A stretch of 64,000 nucleotides of DNA from an uncultured Spirochaetota bacterium (GCA_963783575.1 CAWAOD010000009.1:192001-256000), one strand, 5' to 3'. Shown: positions 39,263 through 50,496, numbered from the stretch's first letter. Program-made: numbers and translations. The notes: generated from the sequence alone by a model not told the origin.

Positions 39263-40063
39263 TTGTTAAAATATATTGATTCACACTGTCATTTACAGCA
39301 TTGCACAGAAAATACCGATTATATTAACCTGGTCAAAAGTTTATGCGGTCAACTGGCTTATGTAGTGGACATATCGACTAATAATACGGAAATCTTAAAT
39401 AAGATAAGCCTGTTATCCCGGGGTTTTGGCGGTTCTGAACAACCGGATAAAGTTCCTGAAAACCTATTGACTTCTTTTGGGCTTTATCCCGATCAGGCTG
39501 AAAAATTCAATCGGGAAATGGATGAAGAATTTAATATTCTTATAAAAAAAATGCGGCCTTCGGCAATCGGCGAGGTCGGGCTTGATTACTACTGGAATTA
39601 CGGCGACAAAATTCTACTTGAAAAATTATTCCGCAATCAAATCGAGATGTCAATTAATATGGATGTACCACTGATAGTCCATTCGAGGAATGCATTTCAA
39701 GACACTTTACGTATTCTTTCCGAATATAAATTTAATAAGACGGTAATAATTCACTGCTTCGGTTATGGTCAAAAAGAAGCGGAAAGATTCTTAAATCTTG
39801 GATTTACATTATCATTTGCCGGTAATCTAACCTACAGGAATGCAAACGATATTCAGAATGCCGCTTTAATTGTCCCATTACAGAATTTACTTCTCGAAAC
39901 CGATTCTCCTTATTTATCGCCTATTCCTGTAAGAGGCCGTAAAAATACACCGCTAAATGTAATATATACATATAAATTCCTGGCTAACTTAAAAAATGAC
40001 GAAGAAGAAAATCTTGCTGCGCAGATTGAAAAGAATTTTAAAAGAATCTTTCAGTTAACTTAA
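39263..40063 (+). CDS. tatD: TatD family hydrolase
   Basis: IDSHCHL, IGEVGLDY, VHSR, IHCF, LETDSPYL. Confidence 0.93.
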   Translation: MLKYIDSHCHLQHCTENTDYINLVKSLCGQLAYVVDISTNNTEILNKISLLSRGFGGSEQPDKVPENLLTSFGLYPDQAEKFNREMDEEFNILIKKMRPSAIGEVGLDYYWNYGDKILLEKLFRNQIEMSINMDVPLIVHSRNAFQDTLRILSEYKFNKTVIIHCFGYGQKEAERFLNLGFTLSFAGNLTYRNANDIQNAALIVPLQNLLLETDSPYLSPIPVRGRKNTPLNVIYTYKFLANLKNDEEENLAAQIEKNFKRIFQLT

Positions 40064-40083
40064 GGTTGGTTATACAATCCGGA

Positions 40084-40908
40084 CTAGAGCTCTAATTCAA
40101 GGCTGTCTCTGGCAAGGCAAGCCGATGGAAATATTTTTTGAGCTTCATTTTCGATTTTAAATGAGTCATCATCAGATCTATCCGGATCGGAATGAAACAA
40201 AACAAGCTTTTTAACCTTTGCTTCTTGAGCCACTTGAATTGACTGTCTCCATGTACTATGTCCCCAGCCAAGCCTGAATCCGATTTCTTCATCAGTGTAT
40301 TGTGCGTCATGTATCAGAATATCAGCTCCTTCCGCGATATCGACAACCCTTTTGTCTATTACATTCTGATAATGCTCAGTATCTGTTGAATAAACTATCG
40401 AAGTATTGTCAAATTGAATCCTATAACCGAAAGTAACTCCCGGATGGATATGTCTTTTGGCGGAAATCTGGAGCCCGTCAAAAATACGGTGATGTCCTTC
40501 TGACAGTTCAAATACATTTATCTTTGCAGGAACATGGGTAAATTTTACAGGGAAATAATCATATTCCATCTGGCCGGCCAGTAAATCGCCCAATTTTCTA
40601 TTAGCTCTCTCCGGCCCTAATATATTGATATTGGCATTATTCATAAAAATTGGTCCAAAGAATGGAAAACCCTGAATATGATCCCAATGTGTATGGCTTA
40701 ATAAAATAAATATTTCCTTTTTTTCGGGAAGTTTACCGATTTCCTTTGCAACTATTTTACCAAGACCCCTGATTCCGGTTCCCATATCCAGTATCAATCT
40801 GGATTTGCCGTTATTCAATTCAATACAGGCTGTATTCCCTCCAACCTGCATTTTATCGGCATCCGGTGTGGGAACCGATCCTCTTACGCCCCAAAATTTT
40901 ATCAGCAT
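40084..40908 (-). CDS. MBL-fold metallo-hydrolase
   Basis: FWGVRGS, SHTHWDHIQG, HDAQY, WGHS. Confidence 0.9.
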   Translation of the reverse strand: MLIKFWGVRGSVPTPDADKMQVGGNTACIELNNGKSRLILDMGTGIRGLGKIVAKEIGKLPEKKEIFILLSHTHWDHIQGFPFFGPIFMNNANINILGPERANRKLGDLLAGQMEYDYFPVKFTHVPAKINVFELSEGHHRIFDGLQISAKRHIHPGVTFGYRIQFDNTSIVYSTDTEHYQNVIDKRVVDIAEGADILIHDAQYTDEEIGFRLGWGHSTWRQSIQVAQEAKVKKLVLFHSDPDRSDDDSFKIENEAQKIFPSACLARDSLELEL

Positions 40909-40947
40909 AATTCATCCTTGATTATGGTATTTTTTTCTGGAAAACAA

Positions 40948-41388
40948 CTACTTCGAATCCAGAATTATCGTATAAGGCCCATCATTTTCAAGCCTGATAT
41001 TCATCATAGCATGAAATATTCCGCGCTTTACAGGAATTCCTGAGTCAGCCATAGTATTATACAATTTTTCAAAGATTACCTTTGCATCATCTGCGTTCAT
41101 TGCCTCAGAAAAAGACGGCCTTTTACCCTTTTTAACATCACCAAATAGAGTGAATTGTGAAATCAGGAGAATTTCTCCTCCGATATCCCTGACCGATAAA
41201 GCACTTTCCGTTTCATCATCCGGGAAAATCCTTAACCCTGTTATTTTTTCTACAGTATAAGAGATATCTTTTTCCGAATCATCCCTCGCAATACCTGTGA
41301 AAACAAGAAGACCCTTACCGATCTCTTCTATTAATTCCCCATTGACCCATACCGAGGCCATTATAACTCTTTGTATAACTGATTTCAT
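40948..41388 (-). CDS. dtd: D-aminoacyl-tRNA deacylase
   Basis: VIQRV, SQFTL, GKRPSF, NDGP. Confidence 0.95.
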   Translation of the reverse strand: MKSVIQRVIMASVWVNGELIEEIGKGLLVFTGIARDDSEKDISYTVEKITGLRIFPDDETESALSVRDIGGEILLISQFTLFGDVKKGKRPSFSEAMNADDAKVIFEKLYNTMADSGIPVKRGIFHAMMNIRLENDGPYTIILDSK

Positions 41389-41706
41389 AAAAATTCCTTC
41401 TGAAAGTATATTTTCGGATTAACTAAATTTGAACTTAACTGAAGCGGATAAATAGTCTTTTGCCAGGTTAACAGGCTGGTCTTCATCAAATATGTCTGAT
41501 AACGATTTTATGGCCAGCCGGTTACCAAAATGAATGTTAAATATCATACGTGAAATTTTAAATTGCAAAAATGACTTTTTTAAAATATAATCTTTATCAA
41601 AGTAAAACTTTTATCAGAGTTTTATTTTGGTTTGGAGTTTTGTTTGGAAAAAATCCGGGATAGACAAAACTCAATTGTTAAATTTACGATAATAATCGAG
41701 GGGAAA

Positions 41707-44700
41707 ATGTCCGAATTTATTCATCTCCATAACCATTCTCATTACAGCATTCTCGACGGCATTACTAAAATTCCGGATCTGCTTGAAACGACCAGATTAT
41801 ATAGCCAGAAAGCAGTCGCCCTGACCGATCATGGGAATATGTTCGGAGCCATGGAATTCCAGAAGGAATGCAAAAATTTTCAAATTAAGCCTATCTTCGG
41901 CGCTGAACTTTACATAGCGCCAAAAAACAGGTATGAAAAGGATAAAGATGAAAAATATTACCATATTGTTTTACTGGCTAAGGATAATACCGGCTATAAA
42001 AATCTTATGAAGCTTACATCAATAGGATACCTGGAAGGATTTTACTCAAAACCGAGGATTGATAAGGCTGTTCTTTCCGAGTATTCAAAAGGATTGGTTG
42101 TCCTGACAGCCTGCCTTGGCGGCGAGCTTCCAAGTATGATACTTAATGAAAATGAAAAGGGGTTAAACCAGGCTATCGATTGGTATACTTCTGTTTTCGG
42201 AAAAGAAAATTTCTTCCTTGAAATTCAGAACCATAACCTTCCGGAAGAATTAACCGTAATTAAAAGATTTATTGAAATCTCCGGCAAAACAGGCATAAAA
42301 CTTGTCGCAACAAACGATTCCCATTACCTTCAAAAAGAGGATTCAATCCTGCAGGAGATTGTTTTTGCGATCAGGGACAAGACAACTATGAAAGATCCGA
42401 AAAGACAAAAATTTGCCAATGATGAATTTTACTTAAAATCTCCTGATATTATGAGCGAACTTTTTTCCGGAATTCAGGAATCATTATCAAATTCGCTTCT
42501 AATTAATGAAATGTGCAATGTGAATATTGATTATGCCAAGCATACACCTCTTTTTGCTCTTCCTGATAATAAAACCGCGGACGATTACCTGATGGAACTC
42601 TGCAGAACCGGATTGAATAAGCGGTTTACAGAAAAGTCTCCTCCTCAGAATTATACAGAAAGATTGGAACTGGAACTGGAGTTGATTAAAAAGATGGGGT
42701 TTTCAAATTATTTCCTTATAGTATCAGATTTTGTAAGATATGCGAGGGATACGGGGGTTTTAGTCGGGCCGGGCAGGGGTTCCGCTGCGGGAGCTCTTTT
42801 ATCTTATTCGCTTGGAATAACTGACATTGATCCGCTCCAGTATAACCTGCTTTTTGAAAGATTTTTAAACCCGGAAAGAGTAAGTATGCCTGATATAGAT
42901 GTGGATTTTCAAGACGACCGCCGGGATGAAGTAAAAGAATACATAAGAATGAAATACGGATATAATAAAACAGCTGACATTATTACCTTCGGCGTAATGA
43001 AATCACGCGCATCTCTTAAGGATGTGGGCAGGGTGCTTGAAATACCGCTGGAAAACGTTAACCGGCTGACCAAGCTGATAGATAATAAAACTGCGAACGA
43101 AGCCCTGTCGATTGTAATAAATATGGTACCGGAACTGAAAAATATCCAGGAAAAAGGAAGCCCTCTTGAAAAACAATGGATTGAATATTCCATCAAGCTT
43201 GACGGAACCATAAGGAACATAGGTACTCATGCTTCCGGTTTGATTATATCCGATTCCGACTTAACTGACATTGTCCCTCTTTATCGCGATGTCTCAAGCG
43301 GGCTTGTATCAACACAATTCGAAGGCGAATACCTTGAAAAAAACGGACTCCTGAAAATGGACATACTTGGCCTTTCAAATCTTTCAATGATAAAAATATG
43401 CCTTGAAAAAATTAAAATTAATCATAATTTCACCCTGGATATTTCTAAAATTCTTCTTGATGACAGGCCTGTTTACCAGCTCTTCTGGAGGGGAGAAACA
43501 ATGGGAATATTCCAGTTTGAATCTGGCGGTATGACCGATTATTTAAAAAAACTCAAACCCACTTCGATAGAAGATCTTATTGCTATGAACGCTCTTTACC
43601 GTCCAGGCCCAATGGATAACATCCCTTCTTTTATCGCAAGGAAAACCGGTAAAGAGCCGATCGACTGTTTCCATGCCAATCTTGAACCGATTTTAAAAAG
43701 CACCTACGGAGTCATTGTCTACCAGGAACAGGTAATGCAGATCGCGCAGGTCCTTGCCGGATTTTCACTTGGAAAAGCCGATGTAGTACGCAGGATTATG
43801 GCAAAGAAAAAGCCTGAAGAACTGGATAAAATCCGCCCGGAATGGATTGAGGGTTCTATAAAAAACGGATATACCAAAGAATTGGCGGAAAGAATTTTTG
43901 AAATACTTGTGCCGTTTTCAAATTATGCCTTTAACAAATCCCATTCTGCCGCATATGCCGTTCTGGCTTACCAGATAGCTTATCTCAAAGCCCATTATAT
44001 CCTTGAATTTATGACATCGCTATTAACATTAAATATGGGAAACAACGACCAGGTAAAATTATACTGCCAGGAAGCATCGGCACGGGAAATTGAAATACTG
44101 TCTCCTGATATTAATCAAAGCATCTGGGAATTCCGGGAAACAATTAAAAACGGACAGAAAGGAATAATATTCGGATTCGGCGGAATTAAAGGCCTTGGAG
44201 AAGGAGTGTCGGACTCGATTATCAATGAAAGAGAATTAGGCGGTTTGTATGCTTCTTTCGACGATTTTATCCGCCGTATAATGAAGTATGTGGAATTTAA
44301 GAAAGGTGCCGTGGAAATTTTAATAAAGGCAGGATGTTTCGATAATTTTTTCAGCGAAGAAAATTACCTTCAGGAAAAATCAATACTCCTGCATAATCTT
44401 GAAGTATATATAGATCAGGCTCAAAAACATGAAAAGGATAAAAAAGCCGGACAAATGGGATTATTCGGAAGCCATGAAAATAATGGTTTTGAAATTCATA
44501 CAAATAGGAATTTCCCGCCTCTGACATTAAAGGAAGAATTTGAAAATGAAGTTTCGATTTTCGGTTTTTATTTAAGCGGTAAACTTTTTTCCCACCACAT
44601 GAAAAATTTCGGCAGGATTTCATGCTGTTCAAATCAAATAACATCCAGGCTAAAACCGGGAACGGGAATTCTCATCTGGGGATTTATTCAGGAAGTTCAG

Positions 44701-45171
44701 ATAAAAATTGCAAATAACAAGAAGAATTATGCGATTATTTTACTGGATAACGGCTTTGACAATTTCAAGTTCTTTCTGTTTTCGGAAAAATACGATCAAT
44801 TTAAAAACTTACTTGTTGAGAATAATTTTATTATGATCCGATTTAATATTGTAGAAGGCAATAAAGGTATTCAGTATGATGTTGTCAATATTAAGCCAAT
44901 TGAATACCTCCGCCAGGAGAGGTTTACCCAGCTTCACATATGTTTTGAAGGAGAGGAGGCTTCGGAGGAAATTAAAAATTTTCTCAATGAAATTAAAACG
45001 ATGCTTGATAATCCTATTAATAAAGGAATAACTCAATTCGTTTTCCATATTTTCAGCAATCAGGGAAATTTTACCGTTTACTCTTCGGATAAATACAGGA
45101 TCAGGTATTCAAATAGCCTTATGGACAAAATCGAAAACATGTCGGATATTCAGGCATATTGGCTGTATTGA
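41707..45171 (+). CDS. dnaE: DNA polymerase III subunit alpha
   Basis: HLHNHSHYSILDG, TDHG, GPGRGSAAG, MPDIDVDF, YAFNKSH. Likely start ATG 41707. Confidence 0.97.
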   Translation: MSEFIHLHNHSHYSILDGITKIPDLLETTRLYSQKAVALTDHGNMFGAMEFQKECKNFQIKPIFGAELYIAPKNRYEKDKDEKYYHIVLLAKDNTGYKNLMKLTSIGYLEGFYSKPRIDKAVLSEYSKGLVVLTACLGGELPSMILNENEKGLNQAIDWYTSVFGKENFFLEIQNHNLPEELTVIKRFIEISGKTGIKLVATNDSHYLQKEDSILQEIVFAIRDKTTMKDPKRQKFANDEFYLKSPDIMSELFSGIQESLSNSLLINEMCNVNIDYAKHTPLFALPDNKTADDYLMELCRTGLNKRFTEKSPPQNYTERLELELELIKKMGFSNYFLIVSDFVRYARDTGVLVGPGRGSAAGALLSYSLGITDIDPLQYNLLFERFLNPERVSMPDIDVDFQDDRRDEVKEYIRMKYGYNKTADIITFGVMKSRASLKDVGRVLEIPLENVNRLTKLIDNKTANEALSIVINMVPELKNIQEKGSPLEKQWIEYSIKLDGTIRNIGTHASGLIISDSDLTDIVPLYRDVSSGLVSTQFEGEYLEKNGLLKMDILGLSNLSMIKICLEKIKINHNFTLDISKILLDDRPVYQLFWRGETMGIFQFESGGMTDYLKKLKPTSIEDLIAMNALYRPGPMDNIPSFIARKTGKEPIDCFHANLEPILKSTYGVIVYQEQVMQIAQVLAGFSLGKADVVRRIMAKKKPEELDKIRPEWIEGSIKNGYTKELAERIFEILVPFSNYAFNKSHSAAYAVLAYQIAYLKAHYILEFMTSLLTLNMGNNDQVKLYCQEASAREIEILSPDINQSIWEFRETIKNGQKGIIFGFGGIKGLGEGVSDSIINERELGGLYASFDDFIRRIMKYVEFKKGAVEILIKAGCFDNFFSEENYLQEKSILLHNLEVYIDQAQKHEKDKKAGQMGLFGSHENNGFEIHTNRNFPPLTLKEEFENEVSIFGFYLSGKLFSHHMKNFGRISCCSNQITSRLKPGTGILIWGFIQEVQIKIANNKKNYAIILLDNGFDNFKFFLFSEKYDQFKNLLVENNFIMIRFNIVEGNKGIQYDVVNIKPIEYLRQERFTQLHICFEGEEASEEIKNFLNEIKTMLDNPINKGITQFVFHIFSNQGNFTVYSSDKYRIRYSNSLMDKIENMSDIQAYWLY

Positions 45172-45197
45172 AGAGGAATTGACCAGTAATCGGAATC

Positions 45198-45240
45198 CCC
45201 GAACATTTCAATGAGCCGGCATTGAAAATGTTTCGAAGGG
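45198..45240. terminator. Long imperfect hairpin downstream of dnaE
   Basis: CGAACATTTCAATG-AGCCGG-CATTGAAAATGTTTCG. Confidence 0.45.
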
Positions 45241-45363
45241 AAAATGTTAGGGAGCGCCCTTCACTCTCCAATAATTAAACAATTACGAAGTTGGATGCTT
45301 GCTTAATTTCCTTTTTCTGATTATTATATTAAGTTATAAAATTACGATTTATCGGAGGTAATC

Positions 45364-45666
45364 ATGGCTGAAACAAAATTACCCGGGCAGCCCAATCTTA
45401 AAATAGAATTAACTGATAATGAAGGAATAATCCATTATTCAAATTTTGCTATTGTCTCTCATTCTATAGAAGAATTTGTAATAGATTTTGCCCGTATTTT
45501 ACCGGGAAAAGAAGAGGCAAAAGTAGTTACACGAGTTATTATGACACCTAAGAACGCTAAAAATTTTCTAATAGCAATCAACAGCAATATAATCGGATAT
45601 GAAAAGCAATACGGAGAAATAATACTACCCCAAAATCCAATGGAAAAATTCAGTGAAGTACAGTGA
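45364..45666 (+). CDS. DUF3467 family protein
   Basis: YSNFAIVSHS.EEFVIDFA...RVIMTPKNAK...YEKQYGEI. GGAGG RBS. Confidence 0.85.
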   Translation: MAETKLPGQPNLKIELTDNEGIIHYSNFAIVSHSIEEFVIDFARILPGKEEAKVVTRVIMTPKNAKNFLIAINSNIIGYEKQYGEIILPQNPMEKFSEVQ

Positions 45667-45718
45667 TTTATGATACATAGCATCATTTATGATGTAAAAT
45701 ATCATTTGGGATTGAAAA

Positions 45719-46177
45719 ATGGGTGAAAAGAAAATTATTGACATAGCACAGAATAAAAAAGCTTACCATGATTATGAAATACTTGATACTGTCGAAGCCG
45801 GAATAGAACTCAAAGGAACTGAAATCAAATCCGTGAGGGATCATTCAGTAAATCTGAAGGACAGTTTTGTCATAATCCGCGGAAATGAGGCGAAAGTCCA
45901 CAATCTCCATATCAGCCCATACGGTTTCGGCAATATCTTCAACCATGACCCGTTGCGAATCAGAAGGTTGCTTCTTAAAAAAAAGGAAATATTAAAGCTG
46001 GAAAATACCGTTTCACAAAAAGGAATAGCAATCATACCTGTGAAAATGTATATCAAGGGAAAATACGCTAAACTTTTGATCGGTGTTGCTAAGGGTAAAA
46101 AAATGCATGATAAGCGCGAAGCGATTCGCGAGAGGGATATAAAGCGGGATATGGACCGTGAGATGAAAAATTATTGA
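45719..46177 (+). CDS. smpB: SsrA-binding protein
   Basis: NKKAYHDY, EAGIELKGTEIKS, GKKMHDKR. Confidence 0.96.
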   Translation: MGEKKIIDIAQNKKAYHDYEILDTVEAGIELKGTEIKSVRDHSVNLKDSFVIIRGNEAKVHNLHISPYGFGNIFNHDPLRIRRLLLKKKEILKLENTVSQKGIAIIPVKMYIKGKYAKLLIGVAKGKKMHDKREAIRERDIKRDMDREMKNY

Positions 46178-46473
46178 ATAAGGTAAACTACCGCACGGAA
46201 CAGTATCAAAACCGCCGTTACACCGATCATAATAATCGCGGCAGTTAAAAAAAACCTCTTATAACCATCGGACACTTCTTTTTTCGGCTTTAATTTAATC
46301 TTTTCCCTGTATCTGCCGTAAACAATATAAGCTATACTAACGATCAGTAGGAGAAGCGAAAATACGACAAAAAGCCATTTATATGAAATTACAAATTGAT
46401 AAAGCCCGTATGTTAACCCAATTTCAACAATGATAAACAGAACCATCAATAAAAAGTATTTTAAATTGTCCAT
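46171..46473 (-). CDS. Small membrane protein (3 TM)
   Basis: Three hydrophobic segments, directly downstream of cinA. Confidence 0.7.
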   Translation of the reverse strand: MDNLKYFLLMVLFIIVEIGLTYGLYQFVISYKWLFVVFSLLLLIVSIAYIVYGRYREKIKLKPKKEVSDGYKRFFLTAAIIMIGVTAVLILFRAVVYLIQ

Positions 46474-46485
46474 ATTTTCCCCACA

Positions 46486-47763
46486 TTATTTTTTTCTCAT
46501 TTCAACCATAGAGGCAAGCTCCTTGAAATCGACTCCGCCCCTGAAAAGATCCTCCCAGACCATTTCAAAAACCTTTACCGCGGTTCTCCCCCTGATATTT
46601 TCACGCAAACCGTAAAACTGAAATCTGGCGGCCGTTTCATCATTTTTTTTGCCGAAACCGATAAAAACAGTCCCGACAGGCTTTTCCGGGCTTCCGCCAT
46701 CAGGCCCGGCAATCCCTGTTACCGCAATATAGTAATCGGCTTTTATCAATTTTTTTAAGCCATCGATCATGGCAAAAGCCGTTTCAAAACTAACTGCGCC
46801 GAATTCCTTTAATACTCCCGCTTCTATTTTTAGAATATCATGTTTTAATGTATTGTTGTATGTTACCAGGCTTCCCAGAAAAGCCTTTGATGAACCGGGA
46901 ATATCGGTTATCATTTTAGACAGAAGGCCACCAGTACAGGATTCGGCAAAAATCACCTTTTTTTTCATTTCTATAAGTTTTTTTAAAATAATGCTGACAA
47001 TACTTTCTTCAGGATCGAAAGAAAAAATCCTTCTTTCAATCTCAGGAACCCCGGCTATTTCCTTTCTTGCAATTTCAAGCGCTTCTTCGTAATCCCCATT
47101 GGGTATATCCATTCTGAAGTCCACCTGCCCATAATGGGCAATCGTACCTACGGTTATGCCCTTTGCCGAAAAGACTTTTATCTTTTCGTCAAGCTGGGAT
47201 TCCGGAATACCGATAGTCTTAGCAAATACGCTTGTTGTATCAGGCTTGATATAATAATTATCGATAAGATACTGGATTATATCGGGAAACATTGCTTTAA
47301 GTTCCGAGGGTACTCCGGGAAGAGCTGCAATGACAGGAGTCCCCGGCAATATAAACCCAGGAGCAGTTCCCTTGGGGTTGTTCACGATAATTGAATCCTC
47401 CAGAATATATGCCTGTTTTTTATTTTCTTCGGGTATTTCTAAATTCATTTTATGAAATTTCCGTTTAATGTCTTCCATTGCCTCTTTACTGAAAGAAAGT
47501 CTCTTTCCTGTAAATTCAGAAATACAGTCCCTTGTAATATCATCATTTGTCGGTCCCAGACCTCCGCAAACCAGGATAATATCGCTCGAATCCTTTAAAT
47601 AACCAAGTACTCTATTAATATCGGATTTAATGTCTCTGATTGATATTTTTTGAGCCAGTGAAAGGCCAATTTTAGATAATTCTTTTGCCGCAAAACAGGA
47701 ATTTGTCTCGGACACCATACCGTCCAGAAGCTCATTTCCTATCGATAAAAATGATATATGCAT
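46486..47763 (-). CDS. cinA: CinA family protein (MoCF-like domain plus NMN deamidase)
   Basis: IGNELLDG, GGLGPTNDDIT, LPGVPSE, AESCTGG, TGIAGP. Likely start ATG 47763. Confidence 0.92.
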   Translation of the reverse strand: MHISFLSIGNELLDGMVSETNSCFAAKELSKIGLSLAQKISIRDIKSDINRVLGYLKDSSDIILVCGGLGPTNDDITRDCISEFTGKRLSFSKEAMEDIKRKFHKMNLEIPEENKKQAYILEDSIIVNNPKGTAPGFILPGTPVIAALPGVPSELKAMFPDIIQYLIDNYYIKPDTTSVFAKTIGIPESQLDEKIKVFSAKGITVGTIAHYGQVDFRMDIPNGDYEEALEIARKEIAGVPEIERRIFSFDPEESIVSIILKKLIEMKKKVIFAESCTGGLLSKMITDIPGSSKAFLGSLVTYNNTLKHDILKIEAGVLKEFGAVSFETAFAMIDGLKKLIKADYYIAVTGIAGPDGGSPEKPVGTVFIGFGKKNDETAARFQFYGLRENIRGRTAVKVFEMVWEDLFRGGVDFKELASMVEMRKK

Positions 47764-47855
47764 ATCGAACTCCGAATATTTGCAAAATTGAATAAAATCA
47801 GTCTTTACATTATAATAAAGCATTTAAAAATAAGAATCAAGAAGAAGGAGAGTTT

Positions 47856-49403
47856 ATGAAAAGAGCATTATTCAGCGTTTACAGAAAAGACGGTATCGAG
47901 AAACTGGCGGCCTTTCTATCAAAAAAGAATTATGAAATATTATCAACCGGGGGAACTTATAAGTATCTTAAAGAGAAAGGCATCCCGGTAAAAGAGGTTT
48001 CCGAGGCGACAGGATTTCCCGAGGTTTTGGACGGCCGTGTTAAAACTCTCCATCCGGCAATTCATACAGGAATTCTGGCCATGCGCGGCAAAAAAACACA
48101 TATGGATGAGATTAAAAAGCTCAATATATCCGAAATTGATTTTGTTATTGTTAACCTCTATCCTTTTGAAGAAACTATAAAAAATCCCGGATCAAAATTT
48201 GAAGAAATAATCGAGCAGATCGACATCGGCGGAGTAGCTCTCATCCGGGCGGCAGGTAAAAATTACAGCGATGTTGCAGTTATCGTGGATAATAGTGATT
48301 TCGATTTGATAATTGAAGAGATGGAAATTAAGGGCAAAATTACCCCGGAAACAAGGCTTCTCCTCGCAGCAAAAGCATACAGCCATACAGCCTATTATGA
48401 CGGATTGATCTCCGCGTATTTCAACCGGCTTTCGGAAAGAAAATTTCCCGCGGAGATGGCAATTCCTCTAAAACTGGAACAGGGGCTTCGGTACGGTGAA
48501 AACCCTCACCAGGACGCAAACCTTTACAGGAGCTACGTTGATCAGAATATATCAACCCTTAACGCGGATATTCTCTGGGGAAAAGAAATGTCTTATAACA
48601 ATTATCTTGACGCCGACGCCTGTGTTGATATTTTAAGGGAATTTTCGAAGGACGGCCCATTCGCCGTTATAATCAAGCATACAAACCCTTGCGGGGCATC
48701 TCTGGGTAAAACCCAGGAAGAAGCTTTTGAAAGGGCTAAGGCCTGTGATCCTGCTTCCGCTTACGGTGGTATTATAGGAATAACTCAAAAAATGGATGAA
48801 GCAACGGCAAAAAAAATCTCGGAAACATTTTTCGAGATCGTAATAGCTCCGGATTATGATCCAAAGGCTCTTGAGATAATTAAAGCCCGTAAAAATCTCA
48901 GAATCTTAAAACTCAACGGTTCAGACTGGAATAAAAAAGGCCTTAATTTCCGCAGGATAGAAAGCGGATTCCTTGCACAGGACTGGGATGTCCCCGGTAT
49001 GGATATAGAAAAATGGGATATCGCGACTTCAAGAAAGCCATTGGATTTCGAAGCAAACGATCTGCGCTTCGCATGGAGAATAGCGAAGTATGTCAAATCC
49101 AACGCCATTGTATATGCAAAGAACGGCCAGGTTATCGGCGTGGGCGCAGGCCAGATGTCCAGGGTCGACTCGGCAAGGATCGGCACAATGAAGGCCGCCG
49201 AATTTGGATTTGATGTTAAAGGTTCCGTTATGGCATCCGATGCCTATTTTCCATTCCGGGACTCTGTTGACAGCGCTGCGAAGAACGGGGTCACAGCCGT
49301 TATTCAGCCCGGCGGGTCAATAAGGGATGCTGAATCAATCATGGCCGCGAATGAAAATAATATAGCGATGGTATTCACCGGCACCCGGCATTTTAAGCAT
49401 TAG
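47856..49403 (+). CDS. purH: AICAR transformylase/IMP cyclohydrolase
   Basis: GRVKTLHP, IDIGG, LRYGENPHQ, KHTNPCG, GAGQMSRVDS, RHFKH. Confidence 0.97.
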   Translation: MKRALFSVYRKDGIEKLAAFLSKKNYEILSTGGTYKYLKEKGIPVKEVSEATGFPEVLDGRVKTLHPAIHTGILAMRGKKTHMDEIKKLNISEIDFVIVNLYPFEETIKNPGSKFEEIIEQIDIGGVALIRAAGKNYSDVAVIVDNSDFDLIIEEMEIKGKITPETRLLLAAKAYSHTAYYDGLISAYFNRLSERKFPAEMAIPLKLEQGLRYGENPHQDANLYRSYVDQNISTLNADILWGKEMSYNNYLDADACVDILREFSKDGPFAVIIKHTNPCGASLGKTQEEAFERAKACDPASAYGGIIGITQKMDEATAKKISETFFEIVIAPDYDPKALEIIKARKNLRILKLNGSDWNKKGLNFRRIESGFLAQDWDVPGMDIEKWDIATSRKPLDFEANDLRFAWRIAKYVKSNAIVYAKNGQVIGVGAGQMSRVDSARIGTMKAAEFGFDVKGSVMASDAYFPFRDSVDSAAKNGVTAVIQPGGSIRDAESIMAANENNIAMVFTGTRHFKH

Positions 49404-49424
49404 CTTTCTCCAGCTGCCGCAAAC

Positions 49425-49462
49425 AAAAAAGCCCCTCGGATTCTTCTCCAAAGGGCTTCTTT
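49425..49462. terminator. Intrinsic terminator after purH
   Basis: AAAAAAGCCC...GGGCTTCTTT hairpin with A and T tails. Confidence 0.65.
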
Positions 49463-49534
49463 ATTCATTCCAAATATTTGGAATTCCTGATGTGTTTTTA
49501 CGTGTTTTATGAAATTCACAAAATAATTTTATAA

Positions 49535-50134
49535 TCAATGATTTCGTTTCTTCATAGCATGTGATTTTAATTCCTGATATATATACATAAAATCATCATA
49601 AGAATCGGCTGAACTTTCATCATTTGTTGTCCATTTTAAATATTTTTGGATTTCTTTATTTTCATAGATACATTCAATATACCAATCAAAACCATTATAG
49701 ATATAATCAATATCCAACAGTTCTTTTTTCTTATATAACCCTAAATCTTCAAAATGTGAAAGTAAATAGTCATCAATTTCGTAAGCAGTATAAATTTTTT
49801 TCATACTTCCAATGAGATTCAAAGAAGAATTAGAAATGAGTTTTAATTTAGAATCATCAATTATGAAATAACCAAATTCAATTCCTTGATCGGCATTAGA
49901 TAAAATTTTAAAATCAAGTAAATTATTATCAAAAAGCGTTATTAAATTTCTTGTTTGTTCTGTGAAAAAATCAGTTTTAAATCTATGAGCGAAGTCACCT
50001 TTTGCTATTTCATTACCTTCTTTTAACTGAAAATAAGCCAGAATAACTAAAAACAAAGTTGTGATAGTGCCAAGTAGAGTACTGATTTTAATCCAATCAA
50101 TTTTTCTTTTCATTTTTAATATTACTTCTTTCAA
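49535..50134 (-). CDS. Hypothetical protein with N-terminal TM helix (AT-rich)
   Basis: 199-aa ORF with one TM followed by a coiled segment. No recognisable motif. Confidence 0.65.
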   Translation of the reverse strand: MKEVILKMKRKIDWIKISTLLGTITTLFLVILAYFQLKEGNEIAKGDFAHRFKTDFFTEQTRNLITLFDNNLLDFKILSNADQGIEFGYFIIDDSKLKLISNSSLNLIGSMKKIYTAYEIDDYLLSHFEDLGLYKKKELLDIDYIYNGFDWYIECIYENKEIQKYLKWTTNDESSADSYDDFMYIYQELKSHAMKKRNH

Positions 50135-50276
50135 AATTTTGTATTTTTAGAATTCTTATTGTGTTTTATTGCGTTTTGTGAGACCTATAGGGCTTCTAAT
50201 CTCCTTACTTCACGACTTCATCTTTTCAATCCACTCATCCAGCTTTCCCGGCCTTTATGTACACAAAATACTTTTG

Positions 50277-50399
50277 TCACTCTTTATCCGCTCTCAAGCT
50301 CGTCAAATCCGAGTCCTTCTCAATCTGTTTAAAGCTATTGTATCCCGCCTGTTCCGAAAGCGTCAGGTTGTAATAGGCTTCTATAAGATTACCCGGCTT
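50277..50399 (-). pseudogene. Remnant of a TPR end-of-group type protein
   Basis: Manual translation KPGNLIEAYYNL|TLSEQAGYNSFKQIEKDSDLTSLRADKE*. The AYYNL and GY...D.DL..LR motifs are juxtaposed with the usual middle helix missing. Confidence 0.5.
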
Positions 50400-50496
50400 G
50401 CTTTCCACACAAATGAAGAAATGGATGAACTCTCCTATAAACCCATGCGAAGCAGTAAAACTTAATAAAGACGGCCTTTCATACCGCTTTTACTAC

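Noticed and set aside
41419..41547. 42-codon minus-strand ORF upstream of dtd (MIFNIHFGNRLAIK...)
   Set aside because: No clear RBS or recognisable motif; could be chance.
45172..46177. tmRNA or tRNA near smpB
   Set aside because: No GGGG...CCA acceptor ends or T-loop motif; only a simple hairpin after dnaE.
50169..50465. 98-aa plus-strand ORF
   Set aside because: No RBS or motif; the opposite strand carries a recognisable TPR remnant.
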